Assembly (NCBI GenBank): GCA_041662625.1
Contig: JBAZSB010000001.1
Location: forward strand, 791,710-855,709
Source: Patescibacteria group bacterium
Lineage (GTDB): Bacteria; Patescibacteriota; Patescibacteriia; Buchananbacterales; UBA6539
Direction: 5' to 3'
DNA: 64,000 nucleotides
Shown piece after piece: positions 38,474 to 48,686 of this stretch. The position numbers were made by a program, and so were the translations under genes. The notes beneath the pieces are model-generated. The model saw only the letters and a list, made by a program, of their open reading frames with translations. It was not told the origin of the DNA and did not search any database. Positions within the stretch are counted from its first letter, which is position 1; every line of letters starts with the position of its first letter.

Positions 38474-38573
38474 GGTTTTTGTTTTGGTTGTACTAAAAAG
38501 GACAACTATCTTAACGCCAAGGATTTTAGCTGCCTTAACAAGGTAAGGCAACGCTAGACTGGCGAAATAAAAA

Positions 38574-38858
38574 TTATCTCAGCTCCATATAACCCTGCCT
38601 AATTTTGTCGCTGACAAACTGTCCCGGGGTAAAAGCGACTTTTTCTTCGGTTAGTGAAACCGCCTCAGCGGCTGGCGTGGATTTTTCCAAGGCCGAAGTT
38701 GCAATACCCAAAACTAGACTGATAGCCAAGACAACAAAAAAAGCACTGATTAAACTGCCGAAAAGTCCAAAACTGGCAATTTTTTTATTCAGTACTGTCG
38801 GGTATTTGGCTATCCCAAATAAGGATAATACTTCGCGACCGGCTTGAATTGATGACAT
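38574..38858 (-). CDS. small membrane protein, hypothetical
   Basis: 94 aa with central TM helix; preceded by two strong hairpins at 38875-38937. Confidence 0.35.
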   Translation of the reverse strand: MSSIQAGREVLSLFGIAKYPTVLNKKIASFGLFGSLISAFFVVLAISLVLGIATSALEKSTPAAEAVSLTEEKVAFTPGQFVSDKIRQGYMELR

Positions 38859-39142
38859 ATTTTTGTTTTTGTCCCGATTTCTCCCAAATCTTTGATTTGG
38901 TGAGAAATCGAGGATCCCGACAGCAGTCGGGATTTTTATTTTGGGTTTTATAAAAGAGAGTACTTCTCAACTCTCTAAATACAGTATAGCACATCTAAAA
39001 AATTTTGTCAAATATTTAAATTGAAAAAATAGCTAAAATTTGCTAGAATAGAACTAGCAAAAAAGTAAGAAAATAAGAAATTAAGAAAATCAAGGCTTTA
39101 ATTTTTTAATTTCTTATTTTGTTAATTTCTTATTCTTCAACC

Positions 39143-40582
39143 ATGACCGAAGTCCGAAAAATTGCCCACAACACGATTATCCAAGTTTTTGGTAAAGTTA
39201 TAACTATTGCTTTAGCCCTCTTTGGTTTTGGCTTAATGACTCGTTACTTAGGTCAAGAAGGAGTTGGCTACTATTCGACAATTTACGCTTTTTTAGCCAT
39301 CTTTGGCATTCTAGTCGATCTGGGCCTGCAAATGACCACGACCCAATTGATTTCTGACCCCAAAGAAAATGAAAGCCAAATTTTAAGTAATGCTCTAACC
39401 ATTCGTCTGATTGCGTCCGCTACCTTTTTAAGCCTGGCGCCAATTTTGGCAATATTTTTCCCTTATCCATTGGTAGTCAAAGTCGGCATGTTAATTTCTG
39501 TTTTTGGCTTTGTAGCGGCTTCACTCACCTCAACTCTAACCAGCTTCTTTCAAAAAAAATTTTTAATGGTCCAAGTGGTACTGTCGGAAGTCACCGCTAA
39601 ACTAATTTATCTACTGTTAATTATTATCACGATTTATTTTGATTGGGGGCTTTACGGAATTTTACTGGCCGCTGCCTTAGACAGTTTGCTGATCTTTTTA
39701 ATTTTATTGTTTTTTGCGGCAAAAAAAGTTTTGCTCAAACCCAGGTTTGAACTGGCAGTCTGGAAAAAAATCTTAATCAAAACCTGGCCAGTGGCTTTAA
39801 CGATTGCTTTAAACCTAATTTATTTTAAAGGCGATATTTTCATCATGTCTTTGATGCGGCCTCAAACTGAAGTTGGACTATATGGTGCCCCTTACAAAAT
39901 TCTGGAAGTTCTAATTAACATTAATTATTTATTTTTGGGTTTAATTTTGCCGGTCTTAGCTACCGCCGTTGCGATTCAAAACTTTGCTAAATTAAAAACT
40001 ATCATTCAAGTAGCATTTGATTTTTTGATTATTATTATCATCCCGATGATTGTTGGCGGCTATTTTCTCGGCGTACCCTTAATGGTTTTGATGGCCGGCA
40101 CCGACTTTACCATTTCTGGTGAAATTATAAAAATCCTTTTAATTGCCACCGGTATCATTTTTATTGCCGGATTATTTGGTTATGCCGTTGTGGCCTTAAA
40201 TCAACAGAAAAAAATGATAAAATTTTATGCCATTAACGCGGCAGTTTCCATTATCGGTTACATTATTTTTATTTATAAATACACTTACTGGGGTGCGGCC
40301 TGGATGACGGTGTTTACCGAAACTTTTATTTTATTTACTGCCGCTTATGTGATGTACCAAAATTTAAAATTTCTGCCAAAATTAAAAATGCTAGGCAAAT
40401 CAATTATTGCCAGTCTGGTAATGGCTATCCCCCTTTGGTTTTTACCTAATTTACCGCTAGGGCTGTCAGTTAGCTTGGGAATTTTGGTTTATTTTGCCGC
40501 TTTGTACTTACTCAAAGGCTTTGACAAACAGATAATTTTAGACATTGTTAAAATAAAAAAGGATGAAACCGCTGATTATTAA
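39143..40582 (+). CDS. polysaccharide biosynthesis protein / Wzx-type oligosaccharide flippase (MOP superfamily)
   Basis: About 12-14 TM helices, N-terminal 'IAHNTIIQVFGKVITIALALFGFGLMTRYLGQEGVGYYS' typical of Wzx/RfbX; ATG 39143 preferred over TTG 39119. Confidence 0.7.
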   Translation: MTEVRKIAHNTIIQVFGKVITIALALFGFGLMTRYLGQEGVGYYSTIYAFLAIFGILVDLGLQMTTTQLISDPKENESQILSNALTIRLIASATFLSLAPILAIFFPYPLVVKVGMLISVFGFVAASLTSTLTSFFQKKFLMVQVVLSEVTAKLIYLLLIIITIYFDWGLYGILLAAALDSLLIFLILLFFAAKKVLLKPRFELAVWKKILIKTWPVALTIALNLIYFKGDIFIMSLMRPQTEVGLYGAPYKILEVLININYLFLGLILPVLATAVAIQNFAKLKTIIQVAFDFLIIIIIPMIVGGYFLGVPLMVLMAGTDFTISGEIIKILLIATGIIFIAGLFGYAVVALNQQKKMIKFYAINAAVSIIGYIIFIYKYTYWGAAWMTVFTETFILFTAAYVMYQNLKFLPKLKMLGKSIIASLVMAIPLWFLPNLPLGLSVSLGILVYFAALYLLKGFDKQIILDIVKIKKDETADY

Positions 40583-41546
40583 CCATAAAATCTACGGCCG
40601 TTTTATTATTACTGAACCGGTTTTAATTGAGTTGATTAAATCTCCGGCCCTGCAGCGTCTTAAAGGAGTTGGCCAAAATGGCGCTCATGATTTTCATTAC
40701 ACCTCACCGGGGCCTTTTACTCGTTTTCAACATTCAATCGGCGTTATGCTCCTGCTCAGAAAATTTAATGCCCCGCTAACCGAGCAAGTTGCCGGCCTTT
40801 TACATGATGTTTCTCATACGGCTTTTTCCCATGTTGCCGATTTCGTTTTTAATTCTCACACCACTCAAAGTTACCAGGACACAAAATTAGCCCAAGCCTT
40901 GGAAATTCAGGGAATAAATAAAATTTTAACCAAACATCACATTAAACCTAAAGAAATTTTGGCTCAAGAAAATCTTCCTCTTTTAGAAAAAAAATTGCCT
41001 GATCTTTGCGCTGACCGTCTTGATTATACTTTGCAGGAGCCAACTTTAAAAAAGCTCAAAATGACCGATCCAAAGTATCTTTTGGAGAATTTAACGGTCT
41101 GGCATAATCAATTCATTTTCAAAAATAAAAAATCAGCAAAAATTTTTGCCGCACTTTATCTAAAAATGAATCAGGTTTTATGGTGTAACCCCCTGGAAGC
41201 AACTATTTATCAGGTATTAGCCGACATTATAAAATTAGGCTTGGAAAAAAAGTTAATTCAAAAAAAGGATTTATTTACGACTGACCAACTGGTTTTAACT
41301 AAATTAAAAAAAGACCCTATCCTTGCCCAAAAAATAATAAAATTGAAAACAATTAGAGCAAAGGTAGTGCCAAAGAGCCAAGCTGAACTTCATATTTATT
41401 CCAAAACTCGAGTCGTTGATCCCTACTTTATGAAAAATAATAAATTGGTTAGACTGTCAATGGTGGACAAAGGTTACAATAAACAAACTGGGGCCTGGCT
41501 CAAAACCGCCAAAAAAGGTTTTTATATCAAAATCCTAAATTCCTAA
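40563..41546 (+). CDS. HD-domain metal-dependent phosphohydrolase
   Basis: 'FQHSIGVMLL...VAGLLHDVSHTAFSHVADF' H...HD...H..D motif arrangement. Confidence 0.7.
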   Translation: MKPLIINHKIYGRFIITEPVLIELIKSPALQRLKGVGQNGAHDFHYTSPGPFTRFQHSIGVMLLLRKFNAPLTEQVAGLLHDVSHTAFSHVADFVFNSHTTQSYQDTKLAQALEIQGINKILTKHHIKPKEILAQENLPLLEKKLPDLCADRLDYTLQEPTLKKLKMTDPKYLLENLTVWHNQFIFKNKKSAKIFAALYLKMNQVLWCNPLEATIYQVLADIIKLGLEKKLIQKKDLFTTDQLVLTKLKKDPILAQKIIKLKTIRAKVVPKSQAELHIYSKTRVVDPYFMKNNKLVRLSMVDKGYNKQTGAWLKTAKKGFYIKILNS

Positions 41547-41582
41547 CCCTACTTCCTACAACCTACTTCCTACTTGCTAACT

Positions 41583-42911
41583 ATGTTCATCTTCGACTTC
41601 AACTGGCAAATTCAAAGTTTTCTCAATCAATTCTGGTACCAGATCAATTTTTTGCTTTTGGTAATTTTAGTAATTCTCGGTTATCTAGCTTACAAAAAAC
41701 CGGCTTACGCCGTTGGTCTAACCATTATTTTACTGCCGACCTATCTTTTTCGTTCCAAAATCTGGTTTCTTCCTTTCACCTATCTAGAACTTTGCATCTG
41801 GGTCACCTTCCTTGTCCCTTTCATCAAATCACTTTTAACCAAATCCTACCACCTACAACCTACCTCCTACTTCCTAAAATGGCCAATCCTTTTAATCATC
41901 ATTGCCTCAACAATCGGCGTAATACTTTCTCCCGATAAAACTGCTGCCGCCGGTCTTTGGAAAGCCTATTTTATTGAACCCCTCTTATTTTACTTAATAT
42001 TGATTAACGTCTTAAAAACACAGAAAGACAAAGAAATTCTTCTATGGTCTTTAGGTATTTCCACCCTTGTCATTTCTCTGCTGGCCATTTATCAAAAGTT
42101 TACCGGCTTTGGTATTGCTGAGGCGGGCTGGGTTGCTGCTGAACACCGGCGAGTCACTTCGATTTTTACTTCGCCGAATGCAATCGGCTTATACTTAGGA
42201 CCAATTTTGGCCATCTATTTCGGTTGGTTGCTTTCGGAAATTAAAAACTTCAAAGCTACCATTTTAAAATTACTGATAATTATCCCCTCAATCCTGGCGG
42301 TAATATTTACTGTTTCCCAAGGCACCTGGCTGGGCTTGGCCGCGGCTATTGTCTTTTTAGCATTCTTTGGCTGGAATAAACCCGCACACCAAAATTTTTG
42401 GTGTGCGGGTAAAAAATGGACAACTTTAATTGTCCTGGTTCTGATTATTACCTGTCTGGTAATTCCAATAACTCAGCACCAAGTTTTAGACTTAATTACT
42501 CTTCAGGACACATCAGGCCAAAATCGTCTGATTTTATTACAAATGAGTTGGCAGCATCTTTTGACCAACCCGCTAAATTTTATTTTTGGTGCTGGAATAA
42601 ATGGCTTTGCCCAAATTCAAGACCAACTGCGTGATCCTTTAAAAATGGAGGCTCTCCTCTATCCTCATAATATTCTTCTGAATTTTTGGCTGGAAATCGG
42701 GCTGCTGGGTTTAATTGCCTTTGTTTGGATAATAATCAAATTCTTTAAGACTGGCTTTAGAAGCTCGGGGCTCGGGGCTCGGGGCTCGGGGCTTCTAATT
42801 CTAGGCGTACTCGCCGCCATGATAACCATTCTCGTCCACGGTCTAATCGATGTCCCCTATTTCAAAAATGATTTAGCCGTTTTATTCTGGGTAATTATTG
42901 GTTTGCTTTAA
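41583..42911 (+). CDS. O-antigen ligase / polymerase family (Wzy_C-like) membrane protein containing a heptanucleotide SSR
   Basis: About 10 TM helices, 'SQGTWLGLAAAIVFLAFFGWNK' loop typical of O-antigen ligase family; ATG 41583 preferred over TTG 41574. Confidence 0.55.
   Translation: MFIFDFNWQIQSFLNQFWYQINFLLLVILVILGYLAYKKPAYAVGLTIILLPTYLFRSKIWFLPFTYLELCIWVTFLVPFIKSLLTKSYHLQPTSYFLKWPILLIIIASTIGVILSPDKTAAAGLWKAYFIEPLLFYLILINVLKTQKDKEILLWSLGISTLVISLLAIYQKFTGFGIAEAGWVAAEHRRVTSIFTSPNAIGLYLGPILAIYFGWLLSEIKNFKATILKLLIIIPSILAVIFTVSQGTWLGLAAAIVFLAFFGWNKPAHQNFWCAGKKWTTLIVLVLIITCLVIPITQHQVLDLITLQDTSGQNRLILLQMSWQHLLTNPLNFIFGAGINGFAQIQDQLRDPLKMEALLYPHNILLNFWLEIGLLGLIAFVWIIIKFFKTGFRSSGLGARGSGLLILGVLAAMITILVHGLIDVPYFKNDLAVLFWVIIGLL
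42764..42791. repeat. simple sequence repeat (CTCGGGG)x4 inside O-antigen-ligase-like CDS
   Basis: Four exact tandem 7-nt units read directly; unit length not a multiple of 3. Confidence 0.9.
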
Positions 42912-42980
42912 TCAACATTACTAAAAAATAAAGACACAATTTTTTAGATTGCGTCTTTATTTATAGTATATCGAAACGTC

Positions 42981-43343
42981 TTAAACAGCACCTGTGGCCG
43001 AAATCAACTGATTGATGACAAAGGTAGCAATAGCGTAGGAAATAAAGATAATAACTAAACCAATAACCCCGGCGCTGATGATTTTCTTGGCCTGACCCAC
43101 TTTTTCTTCATTACCACCTGCAATCATCCAAGTAAAGCCACCATATAAGACAATTAAAATTGCAATAATTCCAAGAAATCCTAATAGAATACTAACAATA
43201 GCCATTACCCCTTCGCGGATATCTTTAGTCCCTAAACCAGTATAAGTACCATATTCAAGACCGGTCTCTAAGGCTAGGGCTGGTAAAGTCGTTAAAGCAA
43301 AAATTGTTCCTAAAACTACAAAAACTATAATCTTTTTCTTCAT
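42981..43343 (-). CDS. VirB2/TrbC-like (T4SS-pilin-family) small secreted membrane protein, paralog 1
   Basis: Signal peptide MKKKIIVFVVLGTIFALTTLPALA, two hydrophobic helices separated by 'GGFTWMIAGGNEEKVGQAKKII'; strong RBS AAGGGGGTG; internal Met start chosen (track ORF starts 63 nt upstream). Confidence 0.55.
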   Translation of the reverse strand: MKKKIIVFVVLGTIFALTTLPALALETGLEYGTYTGLGTKDIREGVMAIVSILLGFLGIIAILIVLYGGFTWMIAGGNEEKVGQAKKIISAGVIGLVIIFISYAIATFVINQLISATGAV

Positions 43344-43465
43344 TTTTTCACCCCCTTCCTGCTTTTTAAAAATAACGAGATAATCCCTCTTCCCAAAGAA
43401 TACCATAAAGAAAATAAAAAAGAAACCCCCACTAAAAGCGAGGGCTCCTTTTCTATTTTAAATTT

Positions 43466-44140
43466 TTATTTTTTACTCAACTGATCTAATATTTCCTTAG
43501 CTTTATCTTTACCCGCTAAACCAAAGGCAATACCACCAGCCAAAGAAAACATCAAAATTAAACCAGTAAAAAGAATTTGGATTAATTCTGTTGCCACTTT
43601 CAACTGAAGCAAGGCTGCCATCAAAGTAAAAACTAAAATGGCCCATCTCGCAACAGAAGCTAAGAAATCTGATGCCTTTAATTTGGCCGCCAGAGATGTT
43701 TCCTTGACCAAGGTATAGATAAAATTACTAACTACAATCCCAACGATCAGAATGACAATAGCAATAATTACATTGGGAATGTACAAAACTACTGCTTGCA
43801 GAAATCCAGAGATTTGGCTTAAGCCTAAAATATCAGCTGCCACCACTAAAACAATGGCATACAAAAACCAAGTAACCAATAGACTTAAAGCTTTACTGAT
43901 TTCAATCTTGAAACCAATTCGTTCCAAAATCTTTTTCAGGCCAGTTGTTTCCGTCACCCGATCGACATAAAGTCTTTTCAGAATTTTGGCGGTAACTCTA
44001 CCTAAAAATTCGGCAATAAATAAACCGGCAATAAAAATTATTACTGCCACTAAAATCTTTGGCACTAAACCAATGATTTCAAGCCAAATTTCGCCGACAG
44101 AAACATCCAAAGCTGACCCAAAATTATTGAAATTGGACAT
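43466..44140 (-). CDS. membrane protein with repeated 'conserved TM helix' (MscS-N-terminal-like) segments, function unknown
   Basis: 224 aa, 4-5 TM helices, short amphipathic linkers; lies between two pilin paralogs. Confidence 0.4.
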   Translation of the reverse strand: MSNFNNFGSALDVSVGEIWLEIIGLVPKILVAVIIFIAGLFIAEFLGRVTAKILKRLYVDRVTETTGLKKILERIGFKIEISKALSLLVTWFLYAIVLVVAADILGLSQISGFLQAVVLYIPNVIIAIVILIVGIVVSNFIYTLVKETSLAAKLKASDFLASVARWAILVFTLMAALLQLKVATELIQILFTGLILMFSLAGGIAFGLAGKDKAKEILDQLSKK

Positions 44141-44197
44141 AAATTAGCATCTCTCCTTGTATTACTTAAGTAAAGTTTAGTCTTGGCTGATAATTCT

Positions 44198-44557
44198 TTA
44201 GACTGCGCCTGTTGCGGTAATCAACTGATTGATGACAAAGGTAGCAATAGCGTAGGAAATAAAGATAATAACTAAACCGATAACCCCGGCGCTGATAATC
44301 TTTTTGGCCTGACCCACTTTTTCTTCATTACCACCTGAAGTCAGCCAAACAAAACCTCCGTAAAGAATAATGATAATAGCAATAATACCTAAAAAGCCTA
44401 ATAAGACATTAACAATTGCCATTATTCCTTCACGGATATCTTTAGTGCCTAAACCAGTATAAGTACCGTATTCAATACCAGTCTCCAAGGCTAAAGCCGG
44501 CAAAACAGTTAGCGTAAAAATTACTGCTAGAGTTGTTAAAGTTGCGATTTTTTTCAT
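44198..44557 (-). CDS. VirB2/TrbC-like pilin-family protein, paralog 2
   Basis: 119 aa; about 95% nucleotide identity to paralog 1 over about 125 nt of the 3' half (44219-44338 vs 42995-43120), same RBS. Confidence 0.6.
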   Translation of the reverse strand: MKKIATLTTLAVIFTLTVLPALALETGIEYGTYTGLGTKDIREGIMAIVNVLLGFLGIIAIIIILYGGFVWLTSGGNEEKVGQAKKIISAGVIGLVIIFISYAIATFVINQLITATGAV

Positions 44558-44728
44558 TTTTTCACCCCCTTCCTTGTTAATTGAAATTATCTAAATCTAA
44601 TATACCACAAAGCTAAAAAAAATACTAGCTTATTCCAACTTTGTCATCAAGAACAAAAACGACAAAAAAGTAGTAATGGGATTTACAAAAAGGAAAAAAT
44701 ATGCTAAAATATAAGTAGATTCAAAACT

Positions 44729-46957
44729 ATGGCCTTTTTTCAACCTTTTACTAAAACAAAAACAAAAATTAAGAAAAGACTTACTCTCAAGCTAAGTATC
44801 GTAATCTTAGCTTTTTTTGTCTTATCTGCCCCAAATACTTGGGCCCGAACGTTTAATCCCCATAATATAATCACTGACCAAGACTTGATTAATAAAGATT
44901 CACTGTCTCAGGCAGCAATTCAGAAATTTTTGGAACGGGAAAACAGCGTTTTAGCCCGTTATAGCCAAGTTATTGATGGCCAAACATTGAAAGCTTCAGC
45001 AATGATTTGGGAAATTGCCCAAAAACATAGCATTAGCCCAAAATTTTTATTAACTACCCTGGAGAAAGAGCAAAGCTTAATTCATAAAGAGCAAGCAACG
45101 GAAAAAGCTTTGGACTGGGCGACTGGTTATGGTTGCTATGGTGGTGGCTGCAAAGAAAAATACCGCGGGTTTTATAATCAAGTTGAGGCTACCGCCGAAA
45201 CGCAACAAATTTATTGGCAGAAAGCCGGTCAGTTTTCCTTTACTAGTGGCCAGACCACTACCACTTTTGATGGCTACAAAGTCACCCCCGCCAATAAAGC
45301 CACAGCAAATTTATATATCTATACTCCCTATGTTGGTTATGCACCGGAATTGGGAGTAACCCAACCCGCTGGCGGCAATAAATTATTTTGGCGAATTTGG
45401 TCCCGCTATTTTACTGAACAAAAATTTCTTGATGGCCAAATCCTTACCCACGATGGTAACTATTGGCTAATTAAAAATAATAAAAAAAATAAATTCGCGT
45501 CAGCAACATTATTTTTAAAAGATTACAAAACAACTGACGCCATCAATGTTTCTTCTGATGATTTGGCTGCTTATCCTGACGGACCAGAAATTATTTTTGC
45601 TGATAACACTTTGGTTAAGTCGACTGATTCAGGTCAAATCTATTTGCTTACGGAAAACCAAAAACGACCAATCATTAATAATTCAGCTTTAGCTTTGCTT
45701 GAAGATTTTCAAATTGCTATTACCGAGAATGAAATTACCACGGTTTCCGAAACTCAAATTGCTGATTACACTTTAGGTACCCTGATTTCTGATTCTGCAA
45801 TTTTTCCTCAAGGAAAATTATTTAAAGATGAAACCGGAAAAATTTGGCAGGTTCAAGACGGATTAAAACATGAGGTTAACCAATCAGTTTGGCAGAATCG
45901 ATTTGATTCCGCAGAACCAGAAACTATTAGTATGAGTGATTTAGAAAAATATCCAACCGGCAGTCCGATCAAATTAAAAGATGGAACCTTTGTAACAATT
46001 GACGGCAAATATTATTTAATCACTGGTGGTGAACGGATGAAAGTTGAAGATTTAGCTATCTTTGACCGGAATTTTGGCCCAAGCAAAAAAACTGGGGCTT
46101 TAACAGTTAATTCTGCCCTTCTAGAAATCCATGGTGCCAGTGATTATATTGATTATGTTGATGATACAATTCAAGATGCTGTTGTTGCTACTCCCACTAA
46201 CACCGTGACTGGAAATTTTGCCGCCACTTTTGATTCAATAAGTCCTGATGGCCTAATTATGGTCAACGGTGCCACTCAATCAGTAACTATTAAATTCAAA
46301 AATAATGGCAGCACTAATTGGCAGGCAGGCGACGTTTGGCTAAAGGTTACGGATAAAGATAAAGAAACCAGCTCTTTTAGCGTGCCAGATAAAGTTAACT
46401 TTACGGAGACTTCAGTTGCCAGCAGCCAATTGGCTAGTTTTACCTTCAATTTGACTGCTCCCTCTGACCAAAGTGGCCTTTTAAACCAGGAATTTAGCCT
46501 ATATTACAACAAAAATGGCACCCCGACTAAAATTACCTCAATTGCCAAATTTATCATCGTCAAAGCCGGACTATCCGCTCAAATTTTAGAACATAATATT
46601 CCTGCGGCTGTTCGTAACACCTGGAAGCCAATCCAAATTACGATGAAAATAAAAAATACCAGCGCTGATACCACTTGGCTGGCCCGCAAAACTGCCTTAG
46701 AGCTTTATAACCAAGATGGCTCCACCAGTTATTTTTATGACCAAAGCGACTGGGTAAGAGAAGAAGTTGCCGCCGTGCCGGTTGGTAAAACTTATATTCA
46801 ACCCGGCGAAACCGGTGAATTTAAATTCACTTTAGATCCGCGCGGCATTAAAAAAGGCACTTACGTTTTGAACTTCAAACTCAAATTATTGGATAAAGAG
46901 AAAGACGTTTATCTAAACGGCGGCTTAGAATGGCATCGCGAGATTCGGGTGGATTAA
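44729..46957 (+). CDS. large secreted protein with four 'G-x-YWLI/YLLT' repeat modules, function unknown
   Basis: Signal/TM 'LKLSIVILAFFVLSAPNTWA'; repeats GNYWLIKNNKK, GQIYLLTENQKRPI, GKIWQVQDGLKHEV, GKYYLITGGERMKV. Confidence 0.5.
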   Translation: MAFFQPFTKTKTKIKKRLTLKLSIVILAFFVLSAPNTWARTFNPHNIITDQDLINKDSLSQAAIQKFLERENSVLARYSQVIDGQTLKASAMIWEIAQKHSISPKFLLTTLEKEQSLIHKEQATEKALDWATGYGCYGGGCKEKYRGFYNQVEATAETQQIYWQKAGQFSFTSGQTTTTFDGYKVTPANKATANLYIYTPYVGYAPELGVTQPAGGNKLFWRIWSRYFTEQKFLDGQILTHDGNYWLIKNNKKNKFASATLFLKDYKTTDAINVSSDDLAAYPDGPEIIFADNTLVKSTDSGQIYLLTENQKRPIINNSALALLEDFQIAITENEITTVSETQIADYTLGTLISDSAIFPQGKLFKDETGKIWQVQDGLKHEVNQSVWQNRFDSAEPETISMSDLEKYPTGSPIKLKDGTFVTIDGKYYLITGGERMKVEDLAIFDRNFGPSKKTGALTVNSALLEIHGASDYIDYVDDTIQDAVVATPTNTVTGNFAATFDSISPDGLIMVNGATQSVTIKFKNNGSTNWQAGDVWLKVTDKDKETSSFSVPDKVNFTETSVASSQLASFTFNLTAPSDQSGLLNQEFSLYYNKNGTPTKITSIAKFIIVKAGLSAQILEHNIPAAVRNTWKPIQITMKIKNTSADTTWLARKTALELYNQDGSTSYFYDQSDWVREEVAAVPVGKTYIQPGETGEFKFTLDPRGIKKGTYVLNFKLKLLDKEKDVYLNGGLEWHREIRVD

Positions 46958-47091
46958 AAATAAAAAATTGAAAAAATAAAAATACTAATCCAACTTAACT
47001 AATATATCTAACTATTATTCATAAAAGTAGGAAGGAGATAACTATGATCCATTAATTACACCTACTATTTACAAATAATTTTAACGTTTTT

Positions 47092-48033
47092 ATGACAACA
47101 ATACCAAATAAAAATCAAGATACGGCAACTAAAACCAAAATAAGTAATAAGGTAATTATGCTTGTGCTTGCTAGTTTAGTTATTATATGTACAGGTATTG
47201 TCAGTATGAATTTACTGCCGGCAATTTTTGGCAAAAGCAATACAATTTTTAAGAGTACTAGAGTCTCCTGCAGTTTAATGGGTGACGTGGATAGAAATGG
47301 TATTATTAATTGCACTGACGTAAATCTTATATTCGATCGATATCTAAAAAAACCAAGTGCCAACAACATTAATATTTATTGCGCTAATGTTAATGGTATT
47401 GATGGCTTGGAACCAACACCGGCAGATGCACGAGCGTTAGTACAAGTGCATAAACTAGTTTGTGGCACTGGATCTTGCAATTTAATTGGCGACGTTGATA
47501 GCGATGGCAAACAAACATGCACCGATGCTTCATTAATTTTCAACTACTACCTAGATAACCTAAGTAACACGCAACCCTTTAACCTTTATTGCGCCGATGT
47601 CGACAATGATAATCACGTCACGCCGGCAGATGCACAAGAGTTAATCCTCTACTACCCAGTAAATTGCCCCGAACAGCAATGCGCGGAAACCGACAATGGT
47701 AATGATCCAGCGCATAAGGGTACCATTTTATACAAGTCCTTGCCTGCAGCAGAAGCAAAAGCAACTGACTATTGTGTAACTTATAGTTCGAAGACTATGG
47801 TTGAGTATTTCTGTGTTGGTAACAGTGGTGACTTTAGCTCTGCAAGTATTGTTTGTGATAATGGGTGCTTTGACGGTCGATGTACCAATCGCGGTGAAAA
47901 ATGTATTCCTGGCAGATACTGCTATAATAACTATTCCCATGCCGCAGTTGATAGTAACTGTCGCTGGAGCGATTTTCGGGCATGCAATGTTGGTGAAGTC
48001 TGTCAAAATGGTGGCTGTATACCAGCACTCTAA
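47092..48033 (+). CDS. membrane-anchored protein with dockerin-type (EF-hand-like Ca-binding) repeats and Cys-rich C-terminal domain
   Basis: 'GDVDRNGIINCTDVNLIF', 'GDVDSDGKQTCTDASLIF', 'ADVDNDNHVTPADAQELI' dockerin type-I-like repeats; 16 Cys in C-terminal 120 aa. Confidence 0.5.
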   Translation: MTTIPNKNQDTATKTKISNKVIMLVLASLVIICTGIVSMNLLPAIFGKSNTIFKSTRVSCSLMGDVDRNGIINCTDVNLIFDRYLKKPSANNINIYCANVNGIDGLEPTPADARALVQVHKLVCGTGSCNLIGDVDSDGKQTCTDASLIFNYYLDNLSNTQPFNLYCADVDNDNHVTPADAQELILYYPVNCPEQQCAETDNGNDPAHKGTILYKSLPAAEAKATDYCVTYSSKTMVEYFCVGNSGDFSSASIVCDNGCFDGRCTNRGEKCIPGRYCYNNYSHAAVDSNCRWSDFRACNVGEVCQNGGCIPAL

Positions 48034-48125
48034 TATTAATCTACTGAAAAACACCTCGGTAAATCCCGAGGTGTTTTTATTTATTGAAGCTTGAATTTTA
48101 TAACTTTACCATTTTCATTCTAAAC

Positions 48126-48677
48126 TCACTTCACCTTAAATATACCTCCATGGCCGGGAATAATGTAATTGGCAATATCCAAAACTTTTTTCCGGCTGGC
48201 TTCTAATTTTTTCGAATCAGTCGCATAGGGGTCAGCTTTAGGATAATCTTTTCTCCAAAAAACATCGCCAACAATTGCGACTAAACCAACGTCAGTTTTG
48301 ACCAGTAAACTCAAAGCATCATAATTATGCCCAGGAGTTTTAATTATTTCAATATCATCAGTTAACTGGTCTGGCCAGTCATCACAATTGCCTTTATCCC
48401 AAACGCCAAAATATTCCACAGTTTTAGCTTCGGGAAACATGCCAATATTACGATAATGATCCAAGTGGGAATGAGTGACAAAAACATAATTAACATCAGA
48501 AACCTTCAGACCTTCTTTGTTTAAAGCTTCTATTAAAAGATTTTGACTTTCTAAAACTCCCGGGTCAACTACCATAATGATATGTTGATCACGGACTAAA
48601 GTGATAGTCGGACAAGTTTGGCCTTCACCAGAATCACCACTAGTATAACCTTCAATTAAAATTTTTGCAGAAGCCAT
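48126..48677 (-). CDS. MBL-fold metallo-hydrolase
   Basis: 'VFVTHSHLDHYRN' HxHxDH motif, downstream His/Asp ligands. Confidence 0.8.
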   Translation of the reverse strand: MASAKILIEGYTSGDSGEGQTCPTITLVRDQHIIMVVDPGVLESQNLLIEALNKEGLKVSDVNYVFVTHSHLDHYRNIGMFPEAKTVEYFGVWDKGNCDDWPDQLTDDIEIIKTPGHNYDALSLLVKTDVGLVAIVGDVFWRKDYPKADPYATDSKKLEASRKKVLDIANYIIPGHGGIFKVK

Positions 48678-48686
48678 AAGGTATTT

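Noticed and set aside
38914-38944. Plus-strand terminator-like hairpin ATCCCGAC-AGCA-GTCGGGAT + TTTTT upstream of the minus-strand 94-aa gene
   Set aside because: Cannot assign it to a plus-strand transcript. It may instead be 5'-UTR structure of the minus-strand gene, so I left it unannotated.
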